Shown: positions 42,278 to 56,938 of the stretch, in pieces | How positions within the stretch are numbered: position 1 is the first letter of the stretch | Layout of the letters: the number at the start of each line of letters is the position of its first letter | Assembly: GCA_048128005.1 (NCBI GenBank) | Contig: JBEUKZ010000102.1 | Span: forward strand, 62,001 to 126,000 | Reading direction: 5' to 3' | From: Veleropilina oligotropha | Lineage: Eukaryota | Length of the DNA stretch: 64,000 bases | The notes under the pieces: model-generated | The model's input: only the letters and a program-made list of their open reading frames with translations | Databases searched by the model: none | Told to the model about the DNA's origin: nothing | Position numbers and translations under genes: made by a program

Positions 42278-42639
42278 GACGTGGCGGCCTGTGCTTCTCC
42301 CAAAGACATGTGTTGTGCATTCTCAAAGGCTCCGAAGGAGTTGAAGGACAAATTGGACCCTAAGACGTTTTGGAAGACGTTTCCATGTCCTCCACCATTT
42401 GTGCCAATAGAAAGAATCCTGTCTTCCTGGAATTGGACTAAGTGCTTAGGGAATATAGATACGTTGATGCTCATAGCGGAAAAATGCAACTTCGACATTC
42501 CCGTGTCCTTCCAATCCGTGGATATGGTTCGGAGCGGAAACGGTAACCAATGCCGAGCCTCCTGCAGGATGGTCACGTCCATTATTTGTGTCTTGGTGCT
42601 AACAGGAACATTAATCGTCATAGTGTGCATAATATACAG
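42278..42639 (+). CDS. Internal exon: Cys-rich ectodomain plus transmembrane helix of an uncharacterised single-pass membrane protein
   Basis: Acceptor tcttctatttcag|GAC (phase 0), donor CAG|gtaggt (phase 2). Ends with hydrophobic IICVLVLTGTLIVIVCIIY-R. Confidence 0.75.
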
Positions 42640-43679
42640 GTAGGTAATAAATTGTAAAGGAAAATGATTAACTGTCTAGTGCGTGTGTTACTACTGCGTA
42701 GTGTCATAACCTTGACTAATCCTCGGTTTTACACATTTTTACTGCTTGATAATCGTTGATAGACCATCGATAATGAATTCTATGTATGCTGTTCAAGTTT
42801 CTGGAAGTTCCGAAACCATCAAAAGGTAAATTGATTTTGGGGGTCAGTTATAGGTTGCCATTGGGTTCTTGCTCTTCTCATTAATTGCATTATTATCAAA
42901 TTTCGAATTCTATCGATACCAATTGCGCCCGTTGATAACTCGAGTTGTCTATGACAGGAACTGTCATCGATAGCTCATCTGGAAGAGACTTGAACACAGA
43001 CTTAGTTTATTCTAACGGTTTGCACAAAAATAGAATTAATGGCTTAACTCGTTAAACGTCTTTCGAAGGGAGATGTTAAACCGAGTTTCATAGTACAGAT
43101 ATATCCACAGAAAAATTGTCAATATTTGATCGTGAAAATAAACTGATTAACATCACATATCTGTTATGACTATGAGATTGTGTCGTACCATGAAATAGGT
43201 TAGATATATATAATATGGGGAAATGTCTGTCATCCAATTAAATTCAAAACTTATTCCGCATTGTACATTTTGTCACAACAACATTAATAAATTTGCATAA
43301 CTAAATGACTTTATGATTATCCTGCTGAGTCTCTATTGGTTGTAAGGTTAGATCTTACTGATTAAACCGTTTGTTATCTTTGTTTGGCGGTCACGAGGTT
43401 AAACAGCTTATGGTCAGCGACAGGACCACTTACGCCAGCCGTGACAAGGTGATGATATGTCGACTTATCGTGAGGTACAGTTACTGTGTGTCATGATACA
43501 TGTTGAATCTCATAGGATGTATCAAAGAAAGAAAATCGCAATTGTCGTCAATACAAGGTTGAAATCGAAAATGATATATTCACACATGCAGAACACATTT
43601 TGCTTTACATGAGGAATCTGTTCACCGTTATGCGTTTCATTAGGAAAGGATCGATGCTTAATATCCTATATATTTCTAA

Positions 43680-43906
43680 CCATCATTTGGTTCAAAGCAG
43701 GACATGTCCATATTATCGCGGGAAGGAAGCCCTGTCGCCCGGGGAAACCCGCCTCCGACCAGATACGGACAACTGTGATTCATAACTTGAACATATGTGT
43801 GATGTCCCTGTCGAGGTTTGAACCCACTACTGTTCGCGTCAGCGGAATCAATTCAGTGTTTTTTCGGAGTCCACAGCTGAAACCACACGTCTGTCGAAGC
43901 GGCCAC
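43680..43906 (-). mobile_element. SINE family A copy
   Basis: Reverse complement aligns along its length with 32269-32515. Confidence 0.75.
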
Positions 43907-44795
43907 GTTTGGTTAGGATGATCATAACCCACCAATGAATGTAAAACTTGCTTAACAAAAATTTATGGACTTTTATTTGAAATTCTTCAACCGTTCAAGA
44001 AACGTTGTTTATTAAACCACTGTGGTGAAAACATTTCCTTATATTAATCCTTATACGGGAATCTCAGGATACAAAAATTCGTAATAGAAGGAAATTGACT
44101 TTTCCGTGTGATATTACCATCGTCGCAAAGACGTAATTAATCGTAATTATTTCAATATTCTGTATATAATTAGTCCTCTATCGTGAACACCATGTATCAG
44201 AAACTACTACCTTACTAAATATAGCTTATTATGATCGCCATGCATAGTTGGCTAATCCACTGTCAGTATTTGTTTCACTGGTGGTCAACATATGTTTTCG
44301 ATCCGCGTAGTGTGTCAGTTTCTGGTTTATGCCACACCTGGTTACCCCATTCTTGGCAGCCGACGGGCACGCTGTGGAGATAAGATAAAATAACTGGCAA
44401 TTCCAAACCCATATAACAAACGAATGCGGTCATTAGGTTACTGTGATGGAAGGGATGTGTTCGTCTATTTGTCTTCACTGGATGTCAGCTAGTGGGTGTA
44501 TAGTCGTATATTAAGTGATCTCATTTGCAAATCTTAACAAAATGAAACAGGCTTGTGCTGTTAGCGTCCCCTTTGGTCTCTTGCCTGAACGTTTCACTCA
44601 AAAACAATTTGACATAATTTTCATATGGTCAGTTGGACTGAATATTCGAGTGCGACTGTGATAGAGTTGAATCCAGTTTAAACCAATTCTAGTGCTTATT
44701 CATAATCACGACTGTGTTGATGTACAGATTTTTAAAAGACCCAATGCATTTCTGTAGAAACATCGAAATTCTTCTTCAAATTGCAATTGCAGAAT

Positions 44796-45408
44796 GAACA
44801 AGGCAAGCCGAGATTGCAAACCCTTGACACTGGTGGCAAGGAAAACGATGGTGAAAGTTATAAATCTCTGCGACTAATAGTTTACCAACTAGATATATCG
44901 AAATGACGTCATAACATCTGGCTTGGTGTAATTGTTGGTATTTCCAGGTTTACTGATGTTCCTAACCGTGTCTTAAAATTTGAAGAAATCTGACAAGTAT
45001 ATACCTAGAAACTGCAGAGGACAGGCAGACATACATACAAACCGATCCAATTGCAATACCGTCTTCGGCGCTCTTTCGGTACTTCCCCCACAGCTCCGGC
45101 TTTTACTCAACTTTGGAAATCCGGTTTTTCATCTCCGATAAAAGGACGACTATGGACGCGACGTTAATGTTAAATCCATGGGGACTAGCAACAGGTGAAC
45201 CCCGGTCAGTCCAAGCTCACGGGGAGGTCCGGTGTATATACGTTTGTAAAGCCAATACAACTACGTACCCATCACGTGTATCTTATCATAGGCCGTGAAT
45301 TTAAGACAAATAAAAGCCGGAGCTCCTTATATATGATAAAAGCCGGAGCTGTGGAGGAAGTACCGAAAGAGCACCCCGTCTTCCACTACTACGTAGGCGA
45401 AGGTAATG
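44796..45408 (-). mobile_element. HINE-like element split by a MITE
   Basis: aacaagg end, core, gaca/cata microsatellite and gaaggtaat terminus; continuity is restored when 45067-45383 is removed. Confidence 0.5.
45067..45375. mobile_element. Merlin-like MITE (309 bp)
   Basis: TIR ggcgctctttcggtacttcc..cacagctccggctttta / taaaagccggagctgtggaggaagtaccgaaagagcacc; exact 8-bp TSD CCGTCTTC; GG...CC termini. Confidence 0.8.
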
Positions 45409-48400
45409 GGAGATAGCAGTGACGCTATTTGAGACCAGACAATCTGCATCCATTATTATTTGCTATCAAATATCTTTTACCTAAAACATCTGTCACATTT
45501 GCCCCATAATTTGTGCAAATGTATGCTCTTTATGCGATACTTACGATTACTATAATTTGAAAAAGTGCAGCTAAAATGTATCTGTCAGATAGCTGAATTA
45601 ACAGCAAAAACGGCCTTATGCTAAAAATTGGAAGACATACCCGGTATATTTCAGTCAAATATTATTTTAAATTCAAAGTACTGTCATATAGACGAAAAGC
45701 AAAAGAAACTTGCTTTACAGAACACAGCAATTTGTGTATTCCCACTGTATACTCGAGTTCCTAACCGATGTTGTTCTCCATAACGCCACAGTCAATGGTG
45801 GATCTGTGTTATTAACGAGTATTGTCAGTAGTAAGTGCTGTTTGCAGATTAGCCTAACTCAGCCGTATCAAAATAACAAGCCTGAAGGGTGCTCGGATGC
45901 TGAAAGTGCATTAACTTCGGCTTCTGATTCTTGATGGACGCGGGCCCAGGCGGACAGATGCTCGGTCGGCCTGCCAAAGTGATGGAATATATTTATATAT
46001 AGATAGATGCACAGAGGTAGACTTACAGGATCGGTAAATGGCATTCCAAAATTAAAGAGGAACTTTGACAGCCAGGCGCCATAAAGAGACAGAAATTATA
46101 AACCAAAGAAGGCCATTGTGTAAAGGTGAAATAAACTCGCGGATTGACTGTTTAGCTTAGCGATCTAATCAGAGCCTGTAATATACTATATGTTACCTGA
46201 AGTGCTAATGCGATATTAAACGATTTCAATATAGTAAACACAAGTGGGATCACATAGTGCATTCAGATTTAATTTCGGTTCAATAACTTTAAAATTTTCA
46301 AGTGTTTCCATTGGGTCAAAAACTGAATCGTGTCCGTGAATATTGATCAACTATTGACACATAAATAAAATTAAATATCTACTCAAAACAAAACATACTT
46401 CTTGTCCTGATTGTTATCGATATATCATAATATGTCGTCCTACACTTCAAAATAATACAAATACTAGTACTGTAGTCACCTCGTGAAGTTGCCTGCTGTG
46501 TGATAAAAATGTACTCATGTTAATACAATAATTGCGGACAAAAATATCAAAAATTGATCATTTTATTCCGTTCATGTATCCAACTCGTGGTAATGTGACA
46601 CAAGAGCCATTTAACAAATATCATTAAGGCAAAGACACCACTGATTAAAATAATAATTAGATTTACATATTTCAAACCTTTTATGAAATTGTTGTTAATC
46701 ACTCGTTTTATTTGATGTCTGTGTCGAGGAAGTGTGATTGATAGTAAAATTGCAGTATCCAGGGATGCTCTGGTTCGAGAACGATGCGTTGACACCAAGA
46801 TGATGTGATCAATTGGCTCCAGAGGGACCTTCGCGACGCCAATAAGGGGTTTTGTCTTTGAGATGATAACTGTTAGCTAGCATTAATGTCGCGTTCCTGA
46901 TAATGCTATAGGCTTCTCCTGTGGTGGCGATAGAGTAATTGAAACAGAAGAGCAGATTACTCGTGTATTTATTGGTAAGCATGATAATATTGACAGCACA
47001 TCCTTGAAAGATTTTCCATGCTTTGGTGAAGCTGACATAATGAACGGTTTATAAGGACTTCGTCATGAGAGCTAATTGTTCAATGCAAACAGATGATGCG
47101 TCATTCTCAGTTATATGCACACATCAGTATTAATTTTCCTGTAAAAAGTTAACCAGCTCAAACTTTAACTAAATAATAATATACTGTTCTCACTTATATT
47201 TTGCAAGCCATTAGATCGTTTCACTACGCAACTCGTATTGTAGCGAATACGTATTGAAGTTACTAGTGACTTATGTTACGTATATGACAAGGTTTTGTGA
47301 CGATATATATTTGGTGGAATATTATCTCATTAGCAGCATCGTTTGCAAATAGTGCTGCAAACAGTTTTAGTAACTCAACGACCACTAGTGATCATTGGAC
47401 GAACACTGCGGAAGGAAACGCTGATTGCATTCCAAGAGGTGATTAACATTCCAAGAATTAGAGCCAATATACTGGAGGCACCGACCAGCTTCTGTTGCAT
47501 GGACAATATGACACCATGTCCGCGAATAAGAGTGGCGATATGATTTATTGCTTCCGTCAAAGTGTAGTATTTATGGTAACCGTAATACGAAATTATGACG
47601 CAAGTAGTATTTTCCTAGTACTAGTATATGCAGCGGTGTTACCGGTACCTGTACCTGCATGTAACATACAATTATTGTATTAATACACTAAGATATAGGA
47701 ATGTGTTTGTATTTGTACAATGCCCATTCTATCACACATTAGAAAGGCTTCAACATATCGGTTCATTTTCCACTGTGCTAAACACTTTTTGTTGTCGTTA
47801 TTTTCAATATCAAATCTGGTTGGTATAAGCACTTTTATTGCATTTTTACAATGAATTCATATCGGGTCTGAATCAGATTTTACATTCCGAATAATGATGT
47901 TTGGATGTGAACATATCTACTTTGGAAAACATAAAATGAATATCAATATCGTCACCCTCCTATATGATAACATCATCTTTGAATGCATGCATCAAATCTC
48001 TTTCCTGAATATTTTCTTATGTTTTGATTTTATTATTTTATGTTCAAGACATTCCAAAGGAGAGCAAATATTGATGTGTTGTATTGTTGAAAATGACTTT
48101 GGTGCTGCTCTCTATCTATAACACTAAGTGTAAGTAAAGCATTTGCAACACAAAATACCCCGGCCTGGCATGAAAGGCTTGTGGTTCAAGACATCAGCAT
48201 GTATTGCATAAAATGAAAAATTCGTGTACATGTAGCATGATGTGGAACATTACGATGCACCAAAAATAGACCCAAATATTGCCATGACAAGTAATACCAC
48301 TATTGGCGTGTAATGAACCATGAGCGTATGTGTACCCATGGATCGGCTTGATAGACCATGCACACTACAGCATGTTCAGACGACGAACGTCAAAATTTAG

Positions 48401-49544
48401 CATGCTGCATGTATTATCGCTTCAAAATTTCAAAGTGCATATCATCATTTTAATACATTCACTTATCTTGTTGTCTGTGCGAATGCAACCTGGATGTCTT
48501 GACGCTAGGTCGAAGTGGATTAAATCTGCCTGACCAGCTTATCTAAGCACAGAACGAACCGAAATAGTATGCAAGAGAATGTGTTCTCCCTCAAAGAAAA
48601 CGTCCCTTCTCCATCGAATGATCGTTAGTTCTGACTAACTGTATGGCACAAAGTGCTACATGAACCATGGTAGTTTTCGTTCGTGCACCCTGCAGGCACC
48701 GTATGCATGTTGATATTTATAAAAGGAGCCCATCATAAAGGATATTGGTGGACGGGATGTTCACGGATATAGTCGAGGATTGGCTCATTCTTCTTGGAAC
48801 ATGATTTAAATATAATCATTTATCAGAACAAACCATCCGTTTCTGCAATAATGATTACGCAAAATATTTAGCTTAGAGACAATCCTCGATCCCATCAATT
48901 AGATCCCCAATTAAGATGAAAATCATTATGCTCTATATACAGGCCCGTCGGAAGCAGTTTAGCAATGGTCAGGCTCAGAGCTTCCAACCTATAAGAATAG
49001 TAAAGAGTGATAACTGTTATTGGCCGTAGGCCGTGATCCCTGAGGGGCAGAAGGCCCCAATAAACAAGAGGGGTCCGGGTATGTGGGCATGGGCCCACTC
49101 CCCCGGGGAAAATTTTTAACTGTAGAAGGCCATCTAGATGCATTTTCCTACACTCTGGGATATATATTGACCATTTTATTTGCGCCAAAATTTGAGAGTT
49201 CGCGAAACAAATATATTCTAAGTTTATATATTCCATAATGACATCAATATAAGAACACTACTTCATGAAATATACATTTTCTGGTCTTAAGTTTATCCAT
49301 TATCGTATCTTTAATTTATTAATAACAAAGGCAATGTTCCAACTTGAGTTGCATTATATAGTTAGTAGGCTACACATAGCTCATAATTTCAATCACTTCA
49401 CTTAAGCTCTGAATTCATAGTTCGTGACATGATACTAAAGTTCCAAGAAACACATGAGTGGAGAATATCCATATGAAGTAAAGAACTTGATCACCTAAAT
49501 TAGACCCTGCATAATTATGTATTAATTGAAATTAATTGAAACAA

Positions 49545-51420
49545 CTTTAAGCAATTCCAGAAGGTATGTAAGAGAGCTTTTCGTCGAGCCGAGTGGTCAT
49601 ACATTAATGAAGTCATCCAAAAGGGCCTGGACAACAACAACACCAAATCGTTTTGGAGGTATGTCAAGACCAAAAAGCAGGACAACCTCGGAGTCTCACC
49701 ATTGAGAAGTAAAGGCCAACTCATGAGCGATGGTAAATCCAAGGCTGAGGCGCTCATTAATCAATTTAGCTCTGTGTTTACTCGGGATGGGGATAAAGAC
49801 CTACCACCGGTGCGTATTCACATCAACGATGACATCCAGGATATCGAGATTAGCGAGGCAGGGGTTCTAAAGCTGCTTCTGAGCATTCAGACATCGAAAG
49901 CACCCGGCCTCGATGGCTGAAAGAATGTGCTCCAGATCTCGTCCATGGAATTCCCCGGATTTTTCAGAGATCACTGGAAACAGGAATACTACCGAAGGAC
50001 TGGTTGAATGCCAATGTTGCCCCAGTATAAAAAAAAGGAGATCGACATGCGCCGGAAAACTACCGCCCTATATCATTGACGTCTGTCCTCAACAATATAC
50101 TGGAACACATAGTATACCACCAACTTCTGAACCACTTTGATCGACACACGATTTTGTCGCCTCTTAATCATGGATTCCGTGCTGGCTACTCGTGCGAAAC
50201 GCAACTTGCTGTAACGATCCACGACTTCGTCTCAAATTTTGATGAGGGTGTTCAAACCGATATCGCCATATTGGAATTCTCCAAGGCTTTTGATACTGTA
50301 CCGCATCGGAAACTTCTCCATAAGCTGGACGCATATGGCGTAAGATGCAATCTTCACACCGATGGATCACTGCATTTCTCTGTCAGCGTCACATGGAGGT
50401 AGTAGTGGACGGTGTATCATCGAGAGAGGTACCTGTCGTTTCTGGAGTTCCCCAAGGCACAATACTCGGCCCGCTACTATTCCTATGCCACATCAATGAC
50501 CTGCCTGATGCCGTGAAGTCCAAGGTCCGCATATTCGCAGACGATTGCTTACTGTACAGAACCATACGCACTAGTCGAGACCACGCCGCTCTACAACAAG
50601 ATCTTAAGAACCTAGTAGCATGGGGTTCAACGCTAGCAAGTGCTACATGCTGAGCATCAGACAGAAATCGCATTACTTTTACCAACTCAACAACACCATT
50701 CTCCAAGAGGTACCACACAACCCCTATTTGGGTGTTACCATCTCGTCGGACCTTAAATGGGGAACTCATATCGATAAGATCTGTAAGAAGGCCAGCTCCA
50801 CACTGGGTTTTATCAGGCGCAATCTTCATCACTTCCCTGCCGTCACACGGAAATCAGCATATGTCTCTCTTGTCAGATCAACACTGGAATATGGAGCGAT
50901 CATATAGGACCCATTTCTGCAGTCAGATATCGACAAACTGGAACGGATACAAAGGAAAGCTGCCCGCTTTATATCTCGCGATTATCGATCTACGGCCCCT
51001 GGATGCGTCACTAACATGCTCAAGGACCTTAACCTGGTAAATCTACAGCAACGAAGAAAGGAGCTTCGCCTTACATTCCTGTTCAAAGTGGTGGAGGGGC
51101 GGTGCCGGCTATACCTCCTGAACAATTTCTTACCCATATTAAAGAAAAAGCATAGTACAACCCTGACACTTTAATGATTTCGTAGCTTCCAACATTGTTG
51201 AAAATTCAGTAACAAACAATTAACAAGCGGTGTTTTAAACTAATAAGTGGACGAACTATCATTTTGAAGCAGTCCTTGTTCACCAGGACTATAATAGACT
51301 GGAATAAATTACTGGATGCTCAAGTCCAGTCAAGTACTGTGGAGGCATTTAAGTCTCACCTCCACAGTCACTAATTTCATGCGCTCCTCCCACCGTTGAT
51401 CACATACCAGAAGTGGCTTT
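49545..51420 (+). mobile_element. 5'-truncated CR1-clade LINE RT pseudogene
   Basis: Motifs FWRYVK, QFSSVFT, KAPGLDG, NYRPISLTSV, HGFRAGYSCETQL, FSKAFDTVPH, SGVPQGTILGPLLF, IFADDCLLYR, YLGVTISSDLKW and RSTLEYGA; multiple frameshifts. Confidence 0.92.
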
Positions 51421-51621
51421 TCGAAGAACAGAAACATAAATTATAATATCCAGTTTCTACCCTACATGGCGCATTTACACTGAACTGTCTCAATGCGAAC
51501 CTATAGTTTTATCTGGCCAGAGTCAGTATCGATCGTATGCCGTGCTAATTGTTTCAAAACTTTCTTGCGCTGTAGGAGCCACAAGTGTCGCAACCGCCAT
51601 AAGTGTCGCTATTGCGACACT

Positions 51622-52544
51622 TAATTGTATCCCGAAATTTAACATTTCGGGGATAGTATGGTTTAGGCATCGTTCATCTGCCGCAGAGATTTCTTGTGTG
51701 CGCTATACAGTGAAAGGTTCTAATCCGACTTGATTCAAATTTGGTATGCACGTCAGTTATGATGCGGACAAGCCACCTAACGATTTTCGGATTCAAGATG
51801 GTCGCCATTTTGGTTTTAGAGATTTCCTGGGTGCGCTCTACAGTGAAAAGTTATAATCCGATGTTATCCATATTTGATATGCGCGTTCGTTATTATGAGG
51901 ACATGCCGCCTAAATATTTACGCCGTTTTCGGAGCCAAGATGGCCGCCATTTTGCTTAACAAGATTTCTTGTGCGCGCTCTTCAGTGAAATGTTATTATC
52001 CAAGTTGATTCAAATTTGGCATGCGCATTATTTATGATAAGGACAAGCCGCCTGGCGATTTTGGATCCAAGATGGCCGCCATTTTGTATTACGAGATTTC
52101 TTGTGCGCACTGTACAGTGAAAAGTTATTGTCCGATTTATTTCAAATTTGATATACACGTTTGGTATTATGCGGACACGTCACATAAATATTTGGGTTGT
52201 TTTGTATTCAAGATGGCCGTCGTGGCAGCCATTTTATTTGAAGAGATTTCTTGTATGCACTCTACAGTGAAAAGTTCTAATCCGATTTGATTCAAATTCG
52301 GTATGCACATTCGTTATAATGAGGACACGCCACCCAACGATGTTTATCATTTTCAGATTCAAGATGGCTGTCGTGGCAGCCATTTTGTTTGAACAGATTT
52401 CTTGTGTGCGCTCTACTGTGAACTGAGTTTTTATCCGATTTGATATAGACGTTCGGTACGGTGAGGACATGACGCCTATCGATTTTCACCGTTTTCGTAG
52501 GGGATACACCCCCTCGACTTGCGGGGTTGAGGATTCGCTATAGT
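51622..52544 (+). mobile_element. Complete HINE-like element, core type B
   Basis: taattgtatcccgaaa..tttcggggata 5' end, five to six cores, and 3' gggatac..cctcgac..gttgagg stem-loop. 52140-52490 closely matches 24790-25135. Confidence 0.8.
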
Positions 52545-53646
52545 TGTTGTTTATTTCGCAAAATTTGACCGTAAATGTCGTACAATTATTTTTTCGACAT
52601 TTATGGCCTCGGATGTCGACATTTTGACAATAATCGATTTGCTTCACTATTACATGTGCATATTGGCATGTTTGGGAATTGAGATCCCCGCTTTATCGTT
52701 TCTTTCGATCAGATGTTTTAGTTTACAGCACCCGGCCAGTGCAGGCATGTTTTAACGTCGTTGTGCGATGAAACTGTTTTGTCCACATCAATCACAATCC
52801 AGTTAAGACGGATTTTATTAAGAATTGATTCACAGTACGGTTTCAAGTTTTAACATCTTTATTCAATTAAACGTTTTTCTCTACGGCTCTCTGTCATTTC
52901 GGTATGCTCCCTGCTTCAGCGTCTCTATCTGATCAGGAGTATTGCGTCACATGACCAGAGTTTGATATCGAAGCCCTGTCGGGTTTAACGTCACTATGCG
53001 ATGAAACTGTTTCGTCCATAGCAGGCACGACCCCTGTATAGCGTCTCTATTCGAGCGACCACGGACAACTCTATCTTTTAACACTGATGTTGTTCGTCAA
53101 TATTATGTTCAACTGTGGCTGTTTACTTCACGTGTATCCGACTCACTATTACGAGAAAATTATTGGCCATTATTGTTGATATTGTGATATTTATGCCCGT
53201 TACGACATTTATGGCTACAAGCGTCGATATTTTTCAACTTTTTTGTTGCGACATTTATGGTCACAATTTGGCGTAATCGAAACCACAATTGTGACACTTA
53301 TGGCCGCGAGACACTTAGCCGGATATATATTGTTTTACACATGTAGTCAGTGGTAATCGAATTCAATAGAAAAAATTCTTGTAAAAACACAAATATTGGT
53401 CTGGTCTTAGCCTGTCTGGCCTGACCGCTTCCGACGGCCTTGAGATATCAACACGTTTAAGATACCTTTAATTATCATGCGATTCCTACAAGGTCTTATT
53501 ATTGCATTGCTACTCTTGTCACCAGAGGAAGGTGCGGCGTATTACAATTTGCTCTGTTTGCTTTTCCGTGATCGTATTTTCCCTTCAACTTGAATTTGTT
53601 ATGTATCTGTCCCAAAAGTGCAGGAGATGTGGGTCTTGCAAACACT

Positions 53647-54450
53647 GATTGTATCCCGAAATTTAACATTTCGGGGATAGTATGATTTAAGCATCGTTCA
53701 ACCGCCGCCGCAGATATTTCTAGTGTACGCTCTACAGTGAAAGGTTCTAATCCGATTTGATGTGCACGTCAGTTATGATGAACACACGCCACCTAACCAT
53801 TTTCGTCGTTTTCGGATCAAAGATGGTCGCCATTGTGTTAGGAGAGATTTCTTTACAGTGAAAAGTTATTATCCGATTTGATTCATATTTAGTATGCGCG
53901 TTCGTAATTATCGTTTCCGGATTCAAGATGGCCGCCATGGCGTCGATTTTGATGGGATAGATTTCTTGTGTGCGCTCTACAGTGAATAGCTATTATCCGA
54001 TTTAACTCTTATTTGGTATGCGCGTTCGTTATGATGAGGACATGCCGCCTAAAGATTTTCGTCGTTTTCCGATCCAAGATGGCTGCCATTTTGTTTGATG
54101 AGATTTCTTGTGCGACCTCTACAGTGAAAAGTTATTATCCAAGTTGATTCAAATTTGGTATGCGCATTGCTTATGATGAGGACATACCTGCTGACAATTT
54201 TAGTTGTTTTTGGATCCAAGATGGCCACCATGGTGACCAATTTGTATGAGATTTCTTGTGCCACTCTACAGTGAAAAGTTAATATCCGATTTATTTCAAA
54301 TTTGATATACACTTTTGGTATGACGAGGACAGCCATTTTGTTTGAAGAGATTTCGTGTGCGATTTCTTGTGCCACTCTACAGTGAAAAGTTCAAATCCGA
54401 TTTGATTATGCATGTTAGTAGCCATTTGCGGGGTCGAGGATTTGCTAGTT
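53647..54450 (+). mobile_element. HINE-like element, core type B
   Basis: Same 5' end and cores as 51622-52544; ends gcggggtcgaggatttgctagtt. Confidence 0.78.
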
Positions 54451-56820
54451 GTCGAATATATGTTTTAGAATCAATAGCAACGCTCACGAAATTCAAGTAG
54501 ATTCATTGTATGTGGCAATTTAGTATTGCATTCAAGTGGTTCCGATTTGTTTGAATGCTACATGGTCTTGCATAAAAAAGTCACATGAAAGACGTGTACT
54601 TTCTGTCTTTTAGGGATGAACCGCAATCCGGTCTTATTAGTATCTACGATTGTTATAATGTTTATTTGCTTCCGATTTTAAGACTATTGCATTCTTCCAT
54701 TATTTATAACCACCATGTTGCATGCGTGACAGCATTGTTTATATAATTACCATGGGTCACGTCCAGTGTTATCTCGCGAGATTTTATTACCAGCCAGAAG
54801 CGAGATGAAAATATAACCATCGCCAAGCACCATAGGACCTGCGAGTCTTTTATAAATAAACAATTACTAAAAGTGTGGTATATGACTCACCTACTTTCGC
54901 GAACTGTTGATATTCATTACAAGGTGTTGACATGCTGTCTATTTTCCAGGAGGTTATCACAGAAACCATGTACGAGCTACTCTTGTTCGTTGATGGACAA
55001 ACAATCGCGCAATAAAATACATTTTTACACCACAACTCGCTTCGCTTTTCAGGCGGAGAATGTTAGTTCATCTGTTTTTGCATTACCAGATTTTGACTGT
55101 TGAAAGTTTTTATTGACATGCACAAGTGCTGTAGGTAATTAGTACGAATGTGTTGTGTCTATGATCGTGTCTTTTTGGAAGATTATGTTTTTGCGTACTT
55201 CCTTTTGTCGACAGAGAACATGGCATGCCACTATTTCACAACACGTTGGCTGGATTTGCCTGCTATTAGCCAAGTCTAGAGCGTTCTTATCAAAGTGAAA
55301 CAGGCCACTGCATGCAGTATATCAATAGATGTAAAATTAAAACATTAATTTTACACCACTGTCAGATTGATTACATTTACGGATTTGGATGAAATTGGGA
55401 ATCGAGGTAATGTGGAGAAGGTTTGAATTCTTCTGGTTGCCATCTACTTTTAAACTGAAATAAATACGATATGGTTTGGTAAATCCTCCATCACTAGACT
55501 AAGGAAGTCGAACTTGTTTTGTTTTATCATTAAAACAGACTTGTTTTTGACTCCATTTTAATCGGATCAGTGCTGACACCCTAGCCACAATTGATATCGA
55601 TTCCCTACTTCGAAGTTATTACTCCCAATACGATACATATTCCTCATAAGAATTCATTGAGCAAAAATTTGGCAACAACTCTTCTGCTGTTTGAAATATT
55701 TTAAAATCCCTTTCAGGCATGTTCCAAGAACTCATTAGTGACCCGCCAATTCCTTTTGGTGCCCCGCTTATGTTGCGTTGGGAACCATTTTTGAGTGATA
55801 GAGAAGGTGTCGTAACATTTCGTGTAAAATTCGAACTTTGTCCAAATCAACCAATTCATCTCAGAGATTATGATGAAGTGACAGCGTCATTGGTAGGAAA
55901 TTTGGAATGTTATAGTAATATGGCTGGTTAGTTACTTCTTCACACGGCATAATTATTACCGTCGTCTGCCACAAGTATTTTATATTTAAATCTTAAAGAA
56001 TACTTTTTACGCCATTATTATCTTGTTAGGTAAGTTAAGAGCGCTGCCTTTACATGCATGATTTATACACGACCAAGTTACTTGAGTAGACTAGCTTTGA
56101 CATTAATCATCTATTGATACGCAGTATTTATTTCGTTGAAAAGATCATGCCCCCATCCTTCGATATAGATGTACTCTTGTTTAACTGTACATGCTTGGTA
56201 TGGAGAAAATAAATTCCGTAGTTCTAAATAGCGTGTCCATTAAAATATGTATGAACCCTTAATCAGCAATATCGTCTTGTTTGTTTATCGAAACAAAATA
56301 GAAGCTGCTTGAGATCGAGCACTTGCGCAACTTCGGTGAAACATTTCAGTTATGCATAAAGCGATTTGAAAACAATTGGTTTTCTTGATATCATTTTATT
56401 GATTTTCATTATTGAATCTTTAGCTTTTTATCTACTTAATAATAAAGATCACAAATATCGTAAATCCGTAGGTCATATTCCGTCCATAGTCAATGCTAAA
56501 GCCCAAAACATTCGAATTCGAAGAGGTAAAATATAGAATCTAGAGGTTATCACGACTGTTTTTATTACGTTGTGCGCTATCCTGCGGTATGTTGGGACGC
56601 ATAACCTGTAGAAATAATATAATCAAAGGTGTCGGCTTCGTCGCTGAACTATTGATTTCTTAGTAGGCCTACATGATGCAATGTTTGTATCTCCAATGTC
56701 AGGCATACATGACATTTTGTTTTTGCCATTGATCTGTTTTCTTTCGCGACCGGCCTGTTTTCTTCACCGTGTGGTAATTATTTATTCTTAATTAATTATG
56801 CACTGTTTGGAACTTTTCAG

Positions 56821-56938
56821 AAAAAGGAAAAAGCGAACGAAAGGAAGTCCAAGCCATGAAACTGCACTTAATCTCCATGGCAACAGTCGATTCTACTCCG
56901 GGGAGCAAGGGAACGGATCCTGCTTTGAACAATACCAG
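56821..56938 (+). CDS. Internal exon: juxtamembrane basic segment of the membrane protein
   Basis: Acceptor cttttcag|A (phase 2, completes AGA), encodes KRKKRTKGSPSH...EQYQ, donor CAG|gtatgt (phase 0). Confidence 0.78.

Larger units (their letters stand above)
48940..53442. mobile_element. hAT-like non-autonomous element ends enclosing nested insertions
   Basis: caggcccgtcggaagc..ggtcaggc at the left end and gcctgaccgcttccgacggccttg at the right end; TSD not preserved. Confidence 0.5.
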
